A stretch of 62,727 nt of DNA from Candidatus Bathyarchaeota archaeon (GTDB taxonomy: Archaea > Thermoproteota > Bathyarchaeia > TCS64). Under the pieces are notes generated by a model. The model was not told where the DNA came from and did no database searches. It saw only the letters and a program-made list of their open reading frames with translations. The position numbers were made by a program, and so were the translations under genes. The stretch covers positions 1 to 62,727 of the forward strand of contig JADHWM010000002.1 of NCBI GenBank assembly GCA_016783485.1, in the 5' to 3' direction. Positions 28,437-36,994 of this stretch are shown piece after piece (positions within the stretch are counted from its first letter, which is position 1; each line of letters opens with the position of its first letter).

Positions 28437-28691
28437 CTACTCGGAGGCTTCCTCTTCTTCCTCCGATTCGGCCTCGAAGTCGAAATCCTCCAGGGGCATC
28501 GGGGGAGGCGTCGTCGCCAGGGTGTAGCCTATCCACGCCATGATGAGCAGGACCATCCCCACCGCTAGGAGCGCGGAGACCTGAATGGTCAGCCACGCCC
28601 ACGGCGACATGAACAGTAACCAGAAATAAATCACGACACCAGCGAGGCTTCCCAGGAAGATTATACCGCCGAGCGCTCGGTCATTAGCCAT
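28437..28691 (-). CDS. Small two-TM membrane protein with Pro-rich hinge and highly acidic C-terminal tail
   Basis: MANDRALGG...two hydrophobic helices...TTPPPMPLEDFDFEAESEEEEEASE. ATG 28691 is preferred over TTG 28700; an AT-rich TATA-like ATTATTAAAG lies upstream on the minus strand. Confidence 0.6.
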   Translation of the reverse strand: MANDRALGGIIFLGSLAGVVIYFWLLFMSPWAWLTIQVSALLAVGMVLLIMAWIGYTLATTPPPMPLEDFDFEAESEEEEEASE

Positions 28692-28775
28692 ATTTATCAA
28701 ACCCTTATTCGGGGCTCATCTTTAATAATTCTACGGTTATGCATGACTTTCTGTCCAGGTTAAACCCGGGGCGAC

Positions 28776-30713
28776 TCACCGATATTTCCTATATGCAACG
28801 GCCGCTACCACTAGCACTAACGCCCCTAGCGCCAAGTAGATCCCGGTCCATGATCGGGGGTTCTCGACCACCACGTCCGTGTATCCCGTGTTGTCATTCT
28901 CGTTGATCTCGAATACATCGTTGTCCCCGTCAACCACGGCGCCGATCCTGTAGCCCCCGACGGCGTCGGGCTCCCAGTGGAACTCCACCGTCAACTCCTC
29001 TTCGCCTCGGATCTCGTCGACGGTGAACGTATCCGCCCTCGATCCGTCCACTGTCAGCGTCACATCGACGCAGGTGGGTTCGACTCCCGTGTTCCTGATG
29101 TCCACGGTGATGAGATATTTCATCGCATCCGATCTGTCCACGGATACGTCGATGACTGTGAGGTCGGGGAGGGTCAGGAGCCCGGGGTCGATTTGGGCGA
29201 ACGTCTCCGGCAGGAGATGCGGCAGCATCAGGAGCTGATCCTCTTTCTCCAGGTTCCCGGTCACGGTGTTCAGCATCTCCTCCGGGGCCTCGTCCAGGAC
29301 CAGCCCCAGTTCCCGGAGATGCCCGTCGTCGATCCAGGATCGTGCAACCGCCATGACCCTCTCCGGACTCATCCCCTCGAGCAGCCGGGCCACTGTGGAA
29401 GGCGTCGAGGGCAGTCGGGCTATCTCCAGGAGGACTTGGGAGAGCAGATCCGTCTCCACGAGATCGAGGATCTCGACCACGACCGTGCTCTCCAGGCTGG
29501 TTGCGGCCTCGACGAGGGCGGCGCAGCTCTGGGGGTCGGTCTCGTACATCGATTTGAGCAGGGCGGAGCCTCCCCGGGGTTCAACCGAGATTAGGAGGGT
29601 GGCTCCCTCGTCCTTCTCCATGTTCAGCAGTAGAGTCGAAAACGGTCTCGTCAACCCGAGTTCAACGGCTGACTCGATCACCTCGATCGCCTCCGATAGC
29701 CCGAGTTCCCGTGCGGTCTCATTGGATGTAGCCTTGGGTGAGACGCTGTCGAGGATGTCGGCTACCAATTCGGAGGGGACGCCTTTGAGCTGTTCGAAAA
29801 CCCTTGAAGCCGTGTCCTCCGTCTGAGCGGGGACCACGACGAAGCTCCGGGATGAATCCATGACGGTCAAAACATGCCATCCCTCCTCGAGCCCGGTTAA
29901 ACTGAAATCCAGATACCTGGACTCTCCCGACTCGAGGGAAACCTGCTCCTCGGTATACGGCTCACGATCTATGGAGAAACCGATCATGCGATCTTCAAGC
30001 CGCTCGCCGGTGTTGATGACCATGGCCGTAACACGGATCTCGCTACCGACACTGGAAACAGGAGGATATACCGAGAGGTCCCTGATTGCGAGTTCGGCGT
30101 GGGCGGGGGGTGGAGATGAACCCTTCTCGTTGAGGTTCACCGTCTTCTTGACGGATCCCGCCTCAACCCTGAACGTACCGAGGGGTATGTTGCTCGTGTT
30201 GTAACTGTAATCATAGATTCCTTCGGAATCCGTCTTGACTGTGGCGCTCGCCGTGACATTGAGCGTCACAGCTGTCGCATTTGGTAGGGCGTACCCGTGG
30301 AGCCTCAGGTCATATGTCCCAATCGGGACGTTGCCCTGAGATATGGTCACGACGCCATCCGTTGCGGTGGCGCTCTTGGTGATCGGCAAGAAGATAATCT
30401 TGGTTGAGATGTGAACGTTGGCGACGCTCTCTGCCCTCACCGAGACCCTGTTGGGCGTCGAGGGGACTTGGACGTCTTCAAGGATCCACTCGTACTTGCC
30501 GTCAACAACGCTCAACGTTTTCGAGAAAGAGATAATGATGGCGACCTCCTCCTCGGGCTGAGCAGCGATCCGGATCGTCACGACGTCCCCCTGCGACGGG
30601 GAGGCCGGGGTGACCTCCAAGGAGGAGACCTCAGCCTGAACTGTGACCGGGAGAAGAGGCGAAATCAGCAGTAGAAAGAGGACAAGTTCCTTTAACCTAC
30701 TTCTTTGCGTCAA
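28776..30713 (-). CDS. Secreted cell-surface protein with CARDB-like domains and C-terminal motif/TM/basic tail
   Basis: TTG start; signal-like LVLFLLLISPLLPVTVQA. Two CARDB-like modules (LAIRDLSVYPP...VINTGE and LTVIDVSVDRSD...DIRNTGVEP...DGDNDVFEINENDNT). C-terminus ENPRSWTGIYLALGALVLVVAAVAYRKYR. Confidence 0.8.
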   Translation of the reverse strand: MTQRSRLKELVLFLLLISPLLPVTVQAEVSSLEVTPASPSQGDVVTIRIAAQPEEEVAIIISFSKTLSVVDGKYEWILEDVQVPSTPNRVSVRAESVANVHISTKIIFLPITKSATATDGVVTISQGNVPIGTYDLRLHGYALPNATAVTLNVTASATVKTDSEGIYDYSYNTSNIPLGTFRVEAGSVKKTVNLNEKGSSPPPAHAELAIRDLSVYPPVSSVGSEIRVTAMVINTGERLEDRMIGFSIDREPYTEEQVSLESGESRYLDFSLTGLEEGWHVLTVMDSSRSFVVVPAQTEDTASRVFEQLKGVPSELVADILDSVSPKATSNETARELGLSEAIEVIESAVELGLTRPFSTLLLNMEKDEGATLLISVEPRGGSALLKSMYETDPQSCAALVEAATSLESTVVVEILDLVETDLLSQVLLEIARLPSTPSTVARLLEGMSPERVMAVARSWIDDGHLRELGLVLDEAPEEMLNTVTGNLEKEDQLLMLPHLLPETFAQIDPGLLTLPDLTVIDVSVDRSDAMKYLITVDIRNTGVEPTCVDVTLTVDGSRADTFTVDEIRGEEELTVEFHWEPDAVGGYRIGAVVDGDNDVFEINENDNTGYTDVVVENPRSWTGIYLALGALVLVVAAVAYRKYR

Positions 30714-30832
30714 CCTTTCGCCTCAGATGTTTCGATTCGAGTCATCCTGATCCGGGAGTATCTCCTCGCGCGACAGACCCATGGGTGACCGTCTTTGAAG
30801 TATTTTTTCACCGACAGCCCCTCACGAGGAGA

Positions 30833-33800
30833 TCAGTAATACTGGGGGTACTGTTCCCGGGCGCGCTCGGCGAGGTCCGGAAGCTGCTTGATGAAGTACC
30901 CTGCGGCTATGCCGGCCAAAAGGAACATAACCGTGTACAGCTGCCAGCTGTTTGCGGAGCTCCTCGATGAGGCGAGCTCCTCGTTCAGCATGGAGACCAT
31001 GGCCTCGAGCCCACTCATCTGGGTGCCCAGCTCCCCCATCTGTCTCTCCAAGTCGGGTACCGCTCCCTCCAGGCTTGATAACTCGACTTCCAGCCTGGTG
31101 ACGCTTCTCTCGAGGACGCCGATCTGGGTCTGGAGCAGCGTAGTCTGGCTCTCAAGGTCCGCCGTCTCGATGTCCTGGGTCTCGATGGTCTTCGCGTATC
31201 CGAGGATGAGCCCCGAGTACTGGGTCACGTAGTCGACGATGTTCTCGAACAGTCTGGCGCCCTGCTGGGGGTTCGCGTCGGGTCCATATCTGTCTGGTCT
31301 GATCAACTCCGGCTTGTACAGCCCCATGAAGTGGCCGAAAGGCGCGTCTCCGGAGACGATGATCACGTTGGTATTCTCCGGGTCTACTTCCAGGGCCATC
31401 ATCGTGATGGCTCCCACTTCTCCCGCCTCGTGGGCCTGAGGCGGGGGCTCCATGCTGTCGACTATAACGCCATAACTCGTGGTTGTCATGAGCACGTGGA
31501 CGTTCTCGAGGCTCTCCTCCTCCAGCTTGATGTATCGGCCATTCTTATGCCCGATGATTGTCCCGGGTCCGTGGAACAGGCTGCGATTCACTCCCGAGAC
31601 GAGGAATCCGAACTCCGGGTCAGCGTTGTCGCTGACGGCGAGGACTCTATATGGAGCGTAACCGTTGGAGAAGTGGTCCTCCGCTGAAGCCGACTCGATG
31701 CGAAGTGCGCTGCCGATATACTCCAGAACCTCGTTGGCCGATGTCTGGCGGAGCGCGTCGTTCCCGAAGTCGCTGTCCGAGGCGATCCAGAGTCCTTTTC
31801 CCCCTTCGTCCAGCCAGCCTTTCACCACTTTGAGCTCGTCGTTGGAGTAGTCCAACAACGGGTTCGCTTGAACCATGATGAGCATCACGGCCCCCTCTAG
31901 GTCGTATTCGGTAAGTTCGCCGTAGACTATTGACCATTTCACGTGGGGCATATCCTCCTCGATTGCGGCGAGCTGGGTGTCGGGTTCCCGGGCCCCCTTG
32001 AGGTGGATGACTACCTCAGGTTTCCCGAAGACGGGGAGCTCGGGGAGCCGTTGCTGGATGGATTGGGTGAAGTAAGGGTGCAGGGTCGTCCTCCTTGAAT
32101 CTTTCATCTCCCGCCAGATGTCCTCGAGGGTATCGTCAGAGACGAATCCTAAGACGTCGACGAGTTCGTAGAGGGCCCCCGTTGAGACCCAGGCGTTCAC
32201 CACGTCGTCGACGACGTCGATCTTCATCACCTCGAAGACCTCCGCCACCGTGGACGGCGTTGCGGGGAGGTTGGCGATCTCGATGAACAGGGCCACCAGG
32301 GTGTCGACGGTGACCTCATCGAGCACGTCTCCGGTTTTCTCCAGGAACTCCTTCTGTCCTTCCGGGGTGAGCTCCCGGGTCTTGTGCTTGACCATGGCCT
32401 CAACCTTCCAGGCGGTGGTGTCCAGATCCTTTACCGCCATCGCCTCGACAACGGCGGCACCCGATTCTGGATCAGTCCCTATCAGCCCGCCCACAGTCGC
32501 GTTGTCATTCACCGTTAACAAGATCTCAGCGAAAGCCTCAGTGTTGTTCGTCCTTACTGCGGTCCTGATGAGAGACCCCGCCTTCACCTCGCTCATTTTC
32601 TCCACCTCCTCGAAGATCCCCTTTGCAGTCCCCCTACCAACCTTAGAAATGACCTCAGAGGCCGGGGCCTCCTCCATCATCTCGACCATTTTTAGGGCGA
32701 CCTCTGGATCCATGTTCTCGATGATGGTTGCAGCTAGCTGTGTGTTGATCTTCTCGAGAATTATGGCGGCCAATGTGGAGTCCATCTTCTCTACGATTGC
32801 TGTGGCTGTTTCTATGTTGGTTTTTTCAATAATAGCGACTGCCTTTGTAATATTCATCTTCTCTACGATTGCTATGGCTGCTTCAACGCTGATTTTTTCA
32901 AATATGGCGGCAGCGGTATCGCTATTGACCTCCTCTATGATCTTCGCCGCAGTCGTCGGGGGCAGGGACTCTATGACTTCGGCGGCCGCCTCAACTGGGA
33001 GTTCCTCGAGATCCTCTGCGGTGGGGGTTGGTGGTGGAGCAGCAGCTCCTCCTCCGGAAGACGTGGTCGTGGTTATGGACACATAGCTTTGGTTGAACGC
33101 TACTACGCGGTCAACATAGTCCTGCCATACCGCCGTGATGAGCACATAATTTCCATCCAGGAGATCCGATGTCGCCAGCGAGGTCGAGGCATTGTTTGAG
33201 GGTGTCATCCCGGTGAATCCCACGGAGACCGCGTTGGAATCAAATATGGATCTCAGGCTCTCTATGACGTAGGTCGGCGTGAAGAACGAGGCGCCGATGT
33301 TCCCGGAGGAGATGGCGGCTGCCAAGCTGCCGTTGGCGACCAGGGCTCCGTTGACTCGGAGCTCCGTCCCCTCTCCTGTGCCGTCGCTCGTTAACGCCAA
33401 GTATGCTGAGTAGGCGTTTCTCTTGACGAGGGCGGATCCGTAGATGAAGGAGCCCGGGCTTCCGTGGACCTCTATGCCGACATCTAGGAAGTCGCCTTGG
33501 GCGACCTCAGTGGGAGCGGTGACGGTGATGTCCCTTTCAAGGACCTCGACGACTGTGGCGGAGTAGAGATAGAGCGTCTTGGGGTATGAGGCGCCGACTT
33601 CCCTCAGGACCACCAAGAGGTAGTCCCCGGCCCCGGGGTTGGGGGTGATCGTGAAGGACGCGTCTCCGTTGGAGTCCAGGGTCTTCGACGCGCTCCAGTG
33701 AGGGTTGGTGAGCTTGGCCCGCAGGAATGCCATGTCCCCCGTGAATATGTCTCTCAGGAAGTTGCGCATCTCCGTGAAGGACTGGAATCTCAGCAGTTTG

Positions 33801-34261
33801 AGGTTCACGTCGAGGCCGGCGAAGCTCGGTGAGCCCCAGAAGGTCCCGTTGATCGTGTCTCCGGTGGCGTACGCCCTGTGAACATTGAGGGGGTATGTCA
33901 CCTCGCTGCTGGTTACGCTCCGGATGAAGTTGACTGTGGTGTCGTTGTTAAGGTACTCCACCATTCCGGGGCTCGTGAAGGTGAGGCTGAAGGCGGGTAT
34001 CTCGAACGGGGCCCCTCCCCCAAGCTCTATCCAGTTGCCCTGTGTGAGGTCGTTCTCATGCGAGGCGATGATGAGGTTGCCATAGTCCGTGGGGGGGTTT
34101 ACAATGACGTTGATGGGGTAGTCCGGGAGGGCGGCCTGCGCTGTCCCGATTGGTGCGACCGGTATCCCGCCCATATATTGGGTGGCGCTGATAATGCTTG
34201 ATGAAATTAAAATAACTAAACCCAGCAGTGGAAAAAGTCGTTTTTTGTGCTGTCTGAGCAA
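30833..34261 (-). CDS. Giant (1142 aa) cell-surface protein with 12-residue tandem repeats, coiled coil and C-terminal TM anchor
   Basis: TTG start; signal-like LFPLLGLVILISSSIISA; TTTTSSGGGAAAPPPTPT linker. About eleven A.AI.EK-type 12-aa repeats and a module shared with 28776..30713. C-terminal heptad-like LESQTTLLQTQIGVLERSVTRLEVELSSLEG, then TM LYTVMFLLAGIAAGYFI. Confidence 0.8.
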   Translation of the reverse strand: MLRQHKKRLFPLLGLVILISSSIISATQYMGGIPVAPIGTAQAALPDYPINVIVNPPTDYGNLIIASHENDLTQGNWIELGGGAPFEIPAFSLTFTSPGMVEYLNNDTTVNFIRSVTSSEVTYPLNVHRAYATGDTINGTFWGSPSFAGLDVNLKLLRFQSFTEMRNFLRDIFTGDMAFLRAKLTNPHWSASKTLDSNGDASFTITPNPGAGDYLLVVLREVGASYPKTLYLYSATVVEVLERDITVTAPTEVAQGDFLDVGIEVHGSPGSFIYGSALVKRNAYSAYLALTSDGTGEGTELRVNGALVANGSLAAAISSGNIGASFFTPTYVIESLRSIFDSNAVSVGFTGMTPSNNASTSLATSDLLDGNYVLITAVWQDYVDRVVAFNQSYVSITTTTSSGGGAAAPPPTPTAEDLEELPVEAAAEVIESLPPTTAAKIIEEVNSDTAAAIFEKISVEAAIAIVEKMNITKAVAIIEKTNIETATAIVEKMDSTLAAIILEKINTQLAATIIENMDPEVALKMVEMMEEAPASEVISKVGRGTAKGIFEEVEKMSEVKAGSLIRTAVRTNNTEAFAEILLTVNDNATVGGLIGTDPESGAAVVEAMAVKDLDTTAWKVEAMVKHKTRELTPEGQKEFLEKTGDVLDEVTVDTLVALFIEIANLPATPSTVAEVFEVMKIDVVDDVVNAWVSTGALYELVDVLGFVSDDTLEDIWREMKDSRRTTLHPYFTQSIQQRLPELPVFGKPEVVIHLKGAREPDTQLAAIEEDMPHVKWSIVYGELTEYDLEGAVMLIMVQANPLLDYSNDELKVVKGWLDEGGKGLWIASDSDFGNDALRQTSANEVLEYIGSALRIESASAEDHFSNGYAPYRVLAVSDNADPEFGFLVSGVNRSLFHGPGTIIGHKNGRYIKLEEESLENVHVLMTTTSYGVIVDSMEPPPQAHEAGEVGAITMMALEVDPENTNVIIVSGDAPFGHFMGLYKPELIRPDRYGPDANPQQGARLFENIVDYVTQYSGLILGYAKTIETQDIETADLESQTTLLQTQIGVLERSVTRLEVELSSLEGAVPDLERQMGELGTQMSGLEAMVSMLNEELASSRSSANSWQLYTVMFLLAGIAAGYFIKQLPDLAERAREQYPQYY
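32591..32998 (-). repeat. In-frame tandem repeat, 36-nt (12-aa) period, ~11 units, inside the 1142-aa surface protein gene
   Basis: PVEAAAEVIESL PPTTAAKIIEEV NSDTAAAIFEKI SVEAAIAIVEKM NITKAVAIIEKT NIETATAIVEKM DSTLAAIILEKI NTQLAATIIENM DPEVALKMVEMM EEAPASEVISKV GRGTAKGIFEEV. Near-identical 27-mers occur at 32782-32808 and 32854-32880 (72 nt apart). Confidence 0.85.
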
Positions 34262-34585
34262 AGTTATTCAGGGAAATACACTATAGAGGAGATATTAATA
34301 TTGGTTACCCTTAACTAATAATGCAATTGAATCTTGGAAGAGTTCCTGAGTTATAACGCTTAACGCATATATCCCAATATATCGAGAACCGTAACATAAT
34401 CTGAGGTAATTCTTATCAATCATTTCAAGAAACTCCGTTCTAGTTGGACCAACCAATTGAGTGCTTCATGAAACCAATCACGCCAGAAAGGCCGTATAGG
34501 CGTCATCTCGTCAACCAGACGACCCATGGAGGACGCACAGGTGGAGCCCTTCGGGAATCCAATGCACCAGAGAGTTGAATGATCG

Positions 34586-36922
34586 GTGTTCGGGGAAGAG
34601 GTCGAGGAGCTGCGAGGGATCAGGTGGGATTGGGGGCAGTTCGAGAGCACCCGGGGATTCCCCGTGAGTTCCAACCTCCTCGATTGGGTCGTCGGCCAGG
34701 AGCAGGCCCTCGAGGAGTGCAACCTCGTCTTGGACGAGTGGATCCACAAGCTGAAATGGATCAGGAGCGAGGGGGCCTTCGACGGCTGGCGGGACCCGGG
34801 GTCCAAAAGACCTCAGAGCAAGACCGTGCCCCCCGGCCCATTCCTGCTTCTCCTCGGTGATCCGGGGACGGGGAAGAGCCTCATCGGGAGAGCCCTCGCG
34901 GCCCATCTGACGGGCAAATATGAGGAGGAGGGATTCAAGTCCCAGGACGTTCTGTGCTGGCCCAACGAGGTCAACCCGAGTGCTCCGAGGATAAGCATCC
35001 ACGAGGCGGGGGAGGGGAAGGCGCTCGTCTCCCGGGAGAAGCCCAAGGGGGAGGAGATGAGGACCGCCTACAACGTCGCTTTCAAGGCTGCATTCTGGAT
35101 GATCCTCGTCATCGGATTCTCCTTCCTCGGGCTCGGCCTGTCAGATCTCCTCAAGAACTACCTGGCTTGGCGCTCATTGGATGGTCTCGCCGCGGGAACC
35201 TCCGGAGGGGTTGTCACGAGCTCGTTCGCCAGCATCTCCGACAAGATCGTCAAGGGAGGCTTCCTCCTCTTCATGGCGTTCATCCTGAGCGTCTACGTGG
35301 AGAGGCGTCAGGGCGCGCAGGCCCGGGGGATCGGAGGGGCGATCCGGTCCACCGCCCCGAAGCTGCTCATCGACAACAGCCAGGGTGCTGCACCGTTCGT
35401 GGATGCCACGGGGCACTCGAGCGTCCAGCTCTTCGGGAGCATCGCCTGGGACCCGTACCAGACGGGGAGGCTGGGGACCCCGGAGCATCAGAGGGTCACC
35501 GCAGGGGATGTCCACAGGGCAAACTTGGGGATCCTCTACATCGACGAGGTGAAGAATCTCCAGCCCTTCGAGGCGACTACGTTGCTGACGGTGCTGGAGG
35601 ACGGGCAGCTCCCCATCGCCCACAGGGCGATGCACGACGGCGGGGGGACCTCTGCCCTCGCGGTCTCGACGGATCCCATCCCCAGCTTGACGCTGCTGGT
35701 GGCGGCGGGGAACTTCGACGCCGTGGACCGCATCCATCCCGCCCTCATGGACAGGATATGCGGGTATGGGCGGGTGATCCGGATGAACAACGACATGCTC
35801 AACACGGTGGAGAACCGCCGCAAGTATGTCCAGTTCATCGCCCAGGAGGTGAAACGTTTCAGGCTGCCCTCTTTCAGCCGGGGGGCCTGCGAGGAGATCG
35901 TGAACGAGGGCCGGAGGCGGAGCGACAAGAGGAATTCCATCATCACCAAGTTCAGGCCCCTCATCGGGGTCATCAAGACAGCCGGGCAGCTCGCTCTCAA
36001 CCAGGGCCTCGAGTTCGTGGAGGCGTCGCATGTCCGGGAGGCGGTGGCGGAGCACTGCAAGACCATTCAGCAGCAGATCCTGGTGCACCAGATCGAGGAG
36101 AGGGGCTCCCTATTGGAGATCGAGCCCCGGGGGACCTCCTTCGGGAGCATCTATGGCCTCGCGGCGGTCTCTGACAGCTTCAGCGGGGAGAGGACGGGGA
36201 CCATCCTCAAGGTAACCGCCTACATGCACCGGAAGAGCCCCGACGACAGCACCCGGGGCTTCTACAAAGTCACGGGGATCGCCCGGGACGGGAGGTGGAT
36301 CGACGACAGCATCGACAAGGTACGCACCGTGATCCTGAAGCGGTACAACGTGGACATCGCCCAGCACTACTACACCCACATAGACTTCTCCCAGAGCCAG
36401 GGGGTAGACGGGCCCAGCGCCGGGGTCACCATGACCCTCCTCATCTGCTCCCTCATCTCGGGGAGGCGGGCCCGCACCCTGGCTCGAACCGGGCGCCCCA
36501 TGAGGCAGGACGTCGCCGTGACCGGGGAGATCAACGTGGGCTCCGACGACGAAGTTCGGGTGACGGCGGTGAGCGGGCTCTACGAGAAGATCAAGGCCGC
36601 CGAGGCGTGGGGCTTCAGGAAGGTCCTCATCCCCCAGAGGAATCTGGAGCACAGCGTCAACCCCGACGACTTCGAGATCGAGGTGGTGGGCTGCTCGACT
36701 CTCGACGACTACTTGAGGCACATCCTCGTCGATGATGAGGACCCCTTCGCCAGCGATGATCGAGATGAAACATCGGGGGAGCGGAAAGTCTCGGCGCCGT
36801 GGGAGGCCCTCGGATCTCCGTCTTCACTGACCGTTCTTCCTCCTCCCCTGACCGTGGGGCTGACATTCGAGCAGGAGAATGGCTCAAAAAGAAGAGACGA
36901 AACGCAGATCGAAGCTGATTAA
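34586..36922 (+). CDS. lonB: Archaeal membrane-bound Lon protease (LonB type)
   Basis: Walker A LLLGDPGTGKSL; two TM helices inserted in the AAA+ module (AFWMILVIGFSFLGLGL, GGFLLFMAFILSVYV); Walker B LGILYIDEV. Protease Ser in GVDGPSAGVTM and Lys in LYEKIKAA. Confidence 0.9.
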   Translation: MFGEEVEELRGIRWDWGQFESTRGFPVSSNLLDWVVGQEQALEECNLVLDEWIHKLKWIRSEGAFDGWRDPGSKRPQSKTVPPGPFLLLLGDPGTGKSLIGRALAAHLTGKYEEEGFKSQDVLCWPNEVNPSAPRISIHEAGEGKALVSREKPKGEEMRTAYNVAFKAAFWMILVIGFSFLGLGLSDLLKNYLAWRSLDGLAAGTSGGVVTSSFASISDKIVKGGFLLFMAFILSVYVERRQGAQARGIGGAIRSTAPKLLIDNSQGAAPFVDATGHSSVQLFGSIAWDPYQTGRLGTPEHQRVTAGDVHRANLGILYIDEVKNLQPFEATTLLTVLEDGQLPIAHRAMHDGGGTSALAVSTDPIPSLTLLVAAGNFDAVDRIHPALMDRICGYGRVIRMNNDMLNTVENRRKYVQFIAQEVKRFRLPSFSRGACEEIVNEGRRRSDKRNSIITKFRPLIGVIKTAGQLALNQGLEFVEASHVREAVAEHCKTIQQQILVHQIEERGSLLEIEPRGTSFGSIYGLAAVSDSFSGERTGTILKVTAYMHRKSPDDSTRGFYKVTGIARDGRWIDDSIDKVRTVILKRYNVDIAQHYYTHIDFSQSQGVDGPSAGVTMTLLICSLISGRRARTLARTGRPMRQDVAVTGEINVGSDDEVRVTAVSGLYEKIKAAEAWGFRKVLIPQRNLEHSVNPDDFEIEVVGCSTLDDYLRHILVDDEDPFASDDRDETSGERKVSAPWEALGSPSSLTVLPPPLTVGLTFEQENGSKRRDETQIEAD

Positions 36923-36994
36923 CTCCGAGGATACTCGCTTCTTTCGCGCATATTTTATCAGGTAAGTCCTACAGTGTACTTTGGAAGTATTGTG

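Noticed and set aside
30833-30960. PGF-CTERM-like sorting signal on the 1142-aa protein
   Set aside because: The TM helix is followed by a 22-residue tail (KQLPDLAERAREQYPQYY) rather than a short basic cluster, and no PGF/PEF/PIP motif is present. It looks like a conventional C-terminal anchor.
32591-32998. Regular 36-nt periodicity considered as a CRISPR array
   Set aside because: The repeats are contiguous with no spacers, lie in frame inside a long ORF and translate to a coherent 12-aa protein repeat.
34468-34581. 37-codon ORF upstream of lonB
   Set aside because: It is short, has no motif, and lies in the divergent promoter region. No evidence supports coding.
34954-36174. 406-aa + strand alternative-frame ORF inside lonB (similar cases: 7959..8933, 10943..11719, 48533..49618, 50364..51518)
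   Set aside because: All overlap genes with strong family motifs and have low-complexity Arg/Gly/Pro-rich translations. They are treated as spurious.
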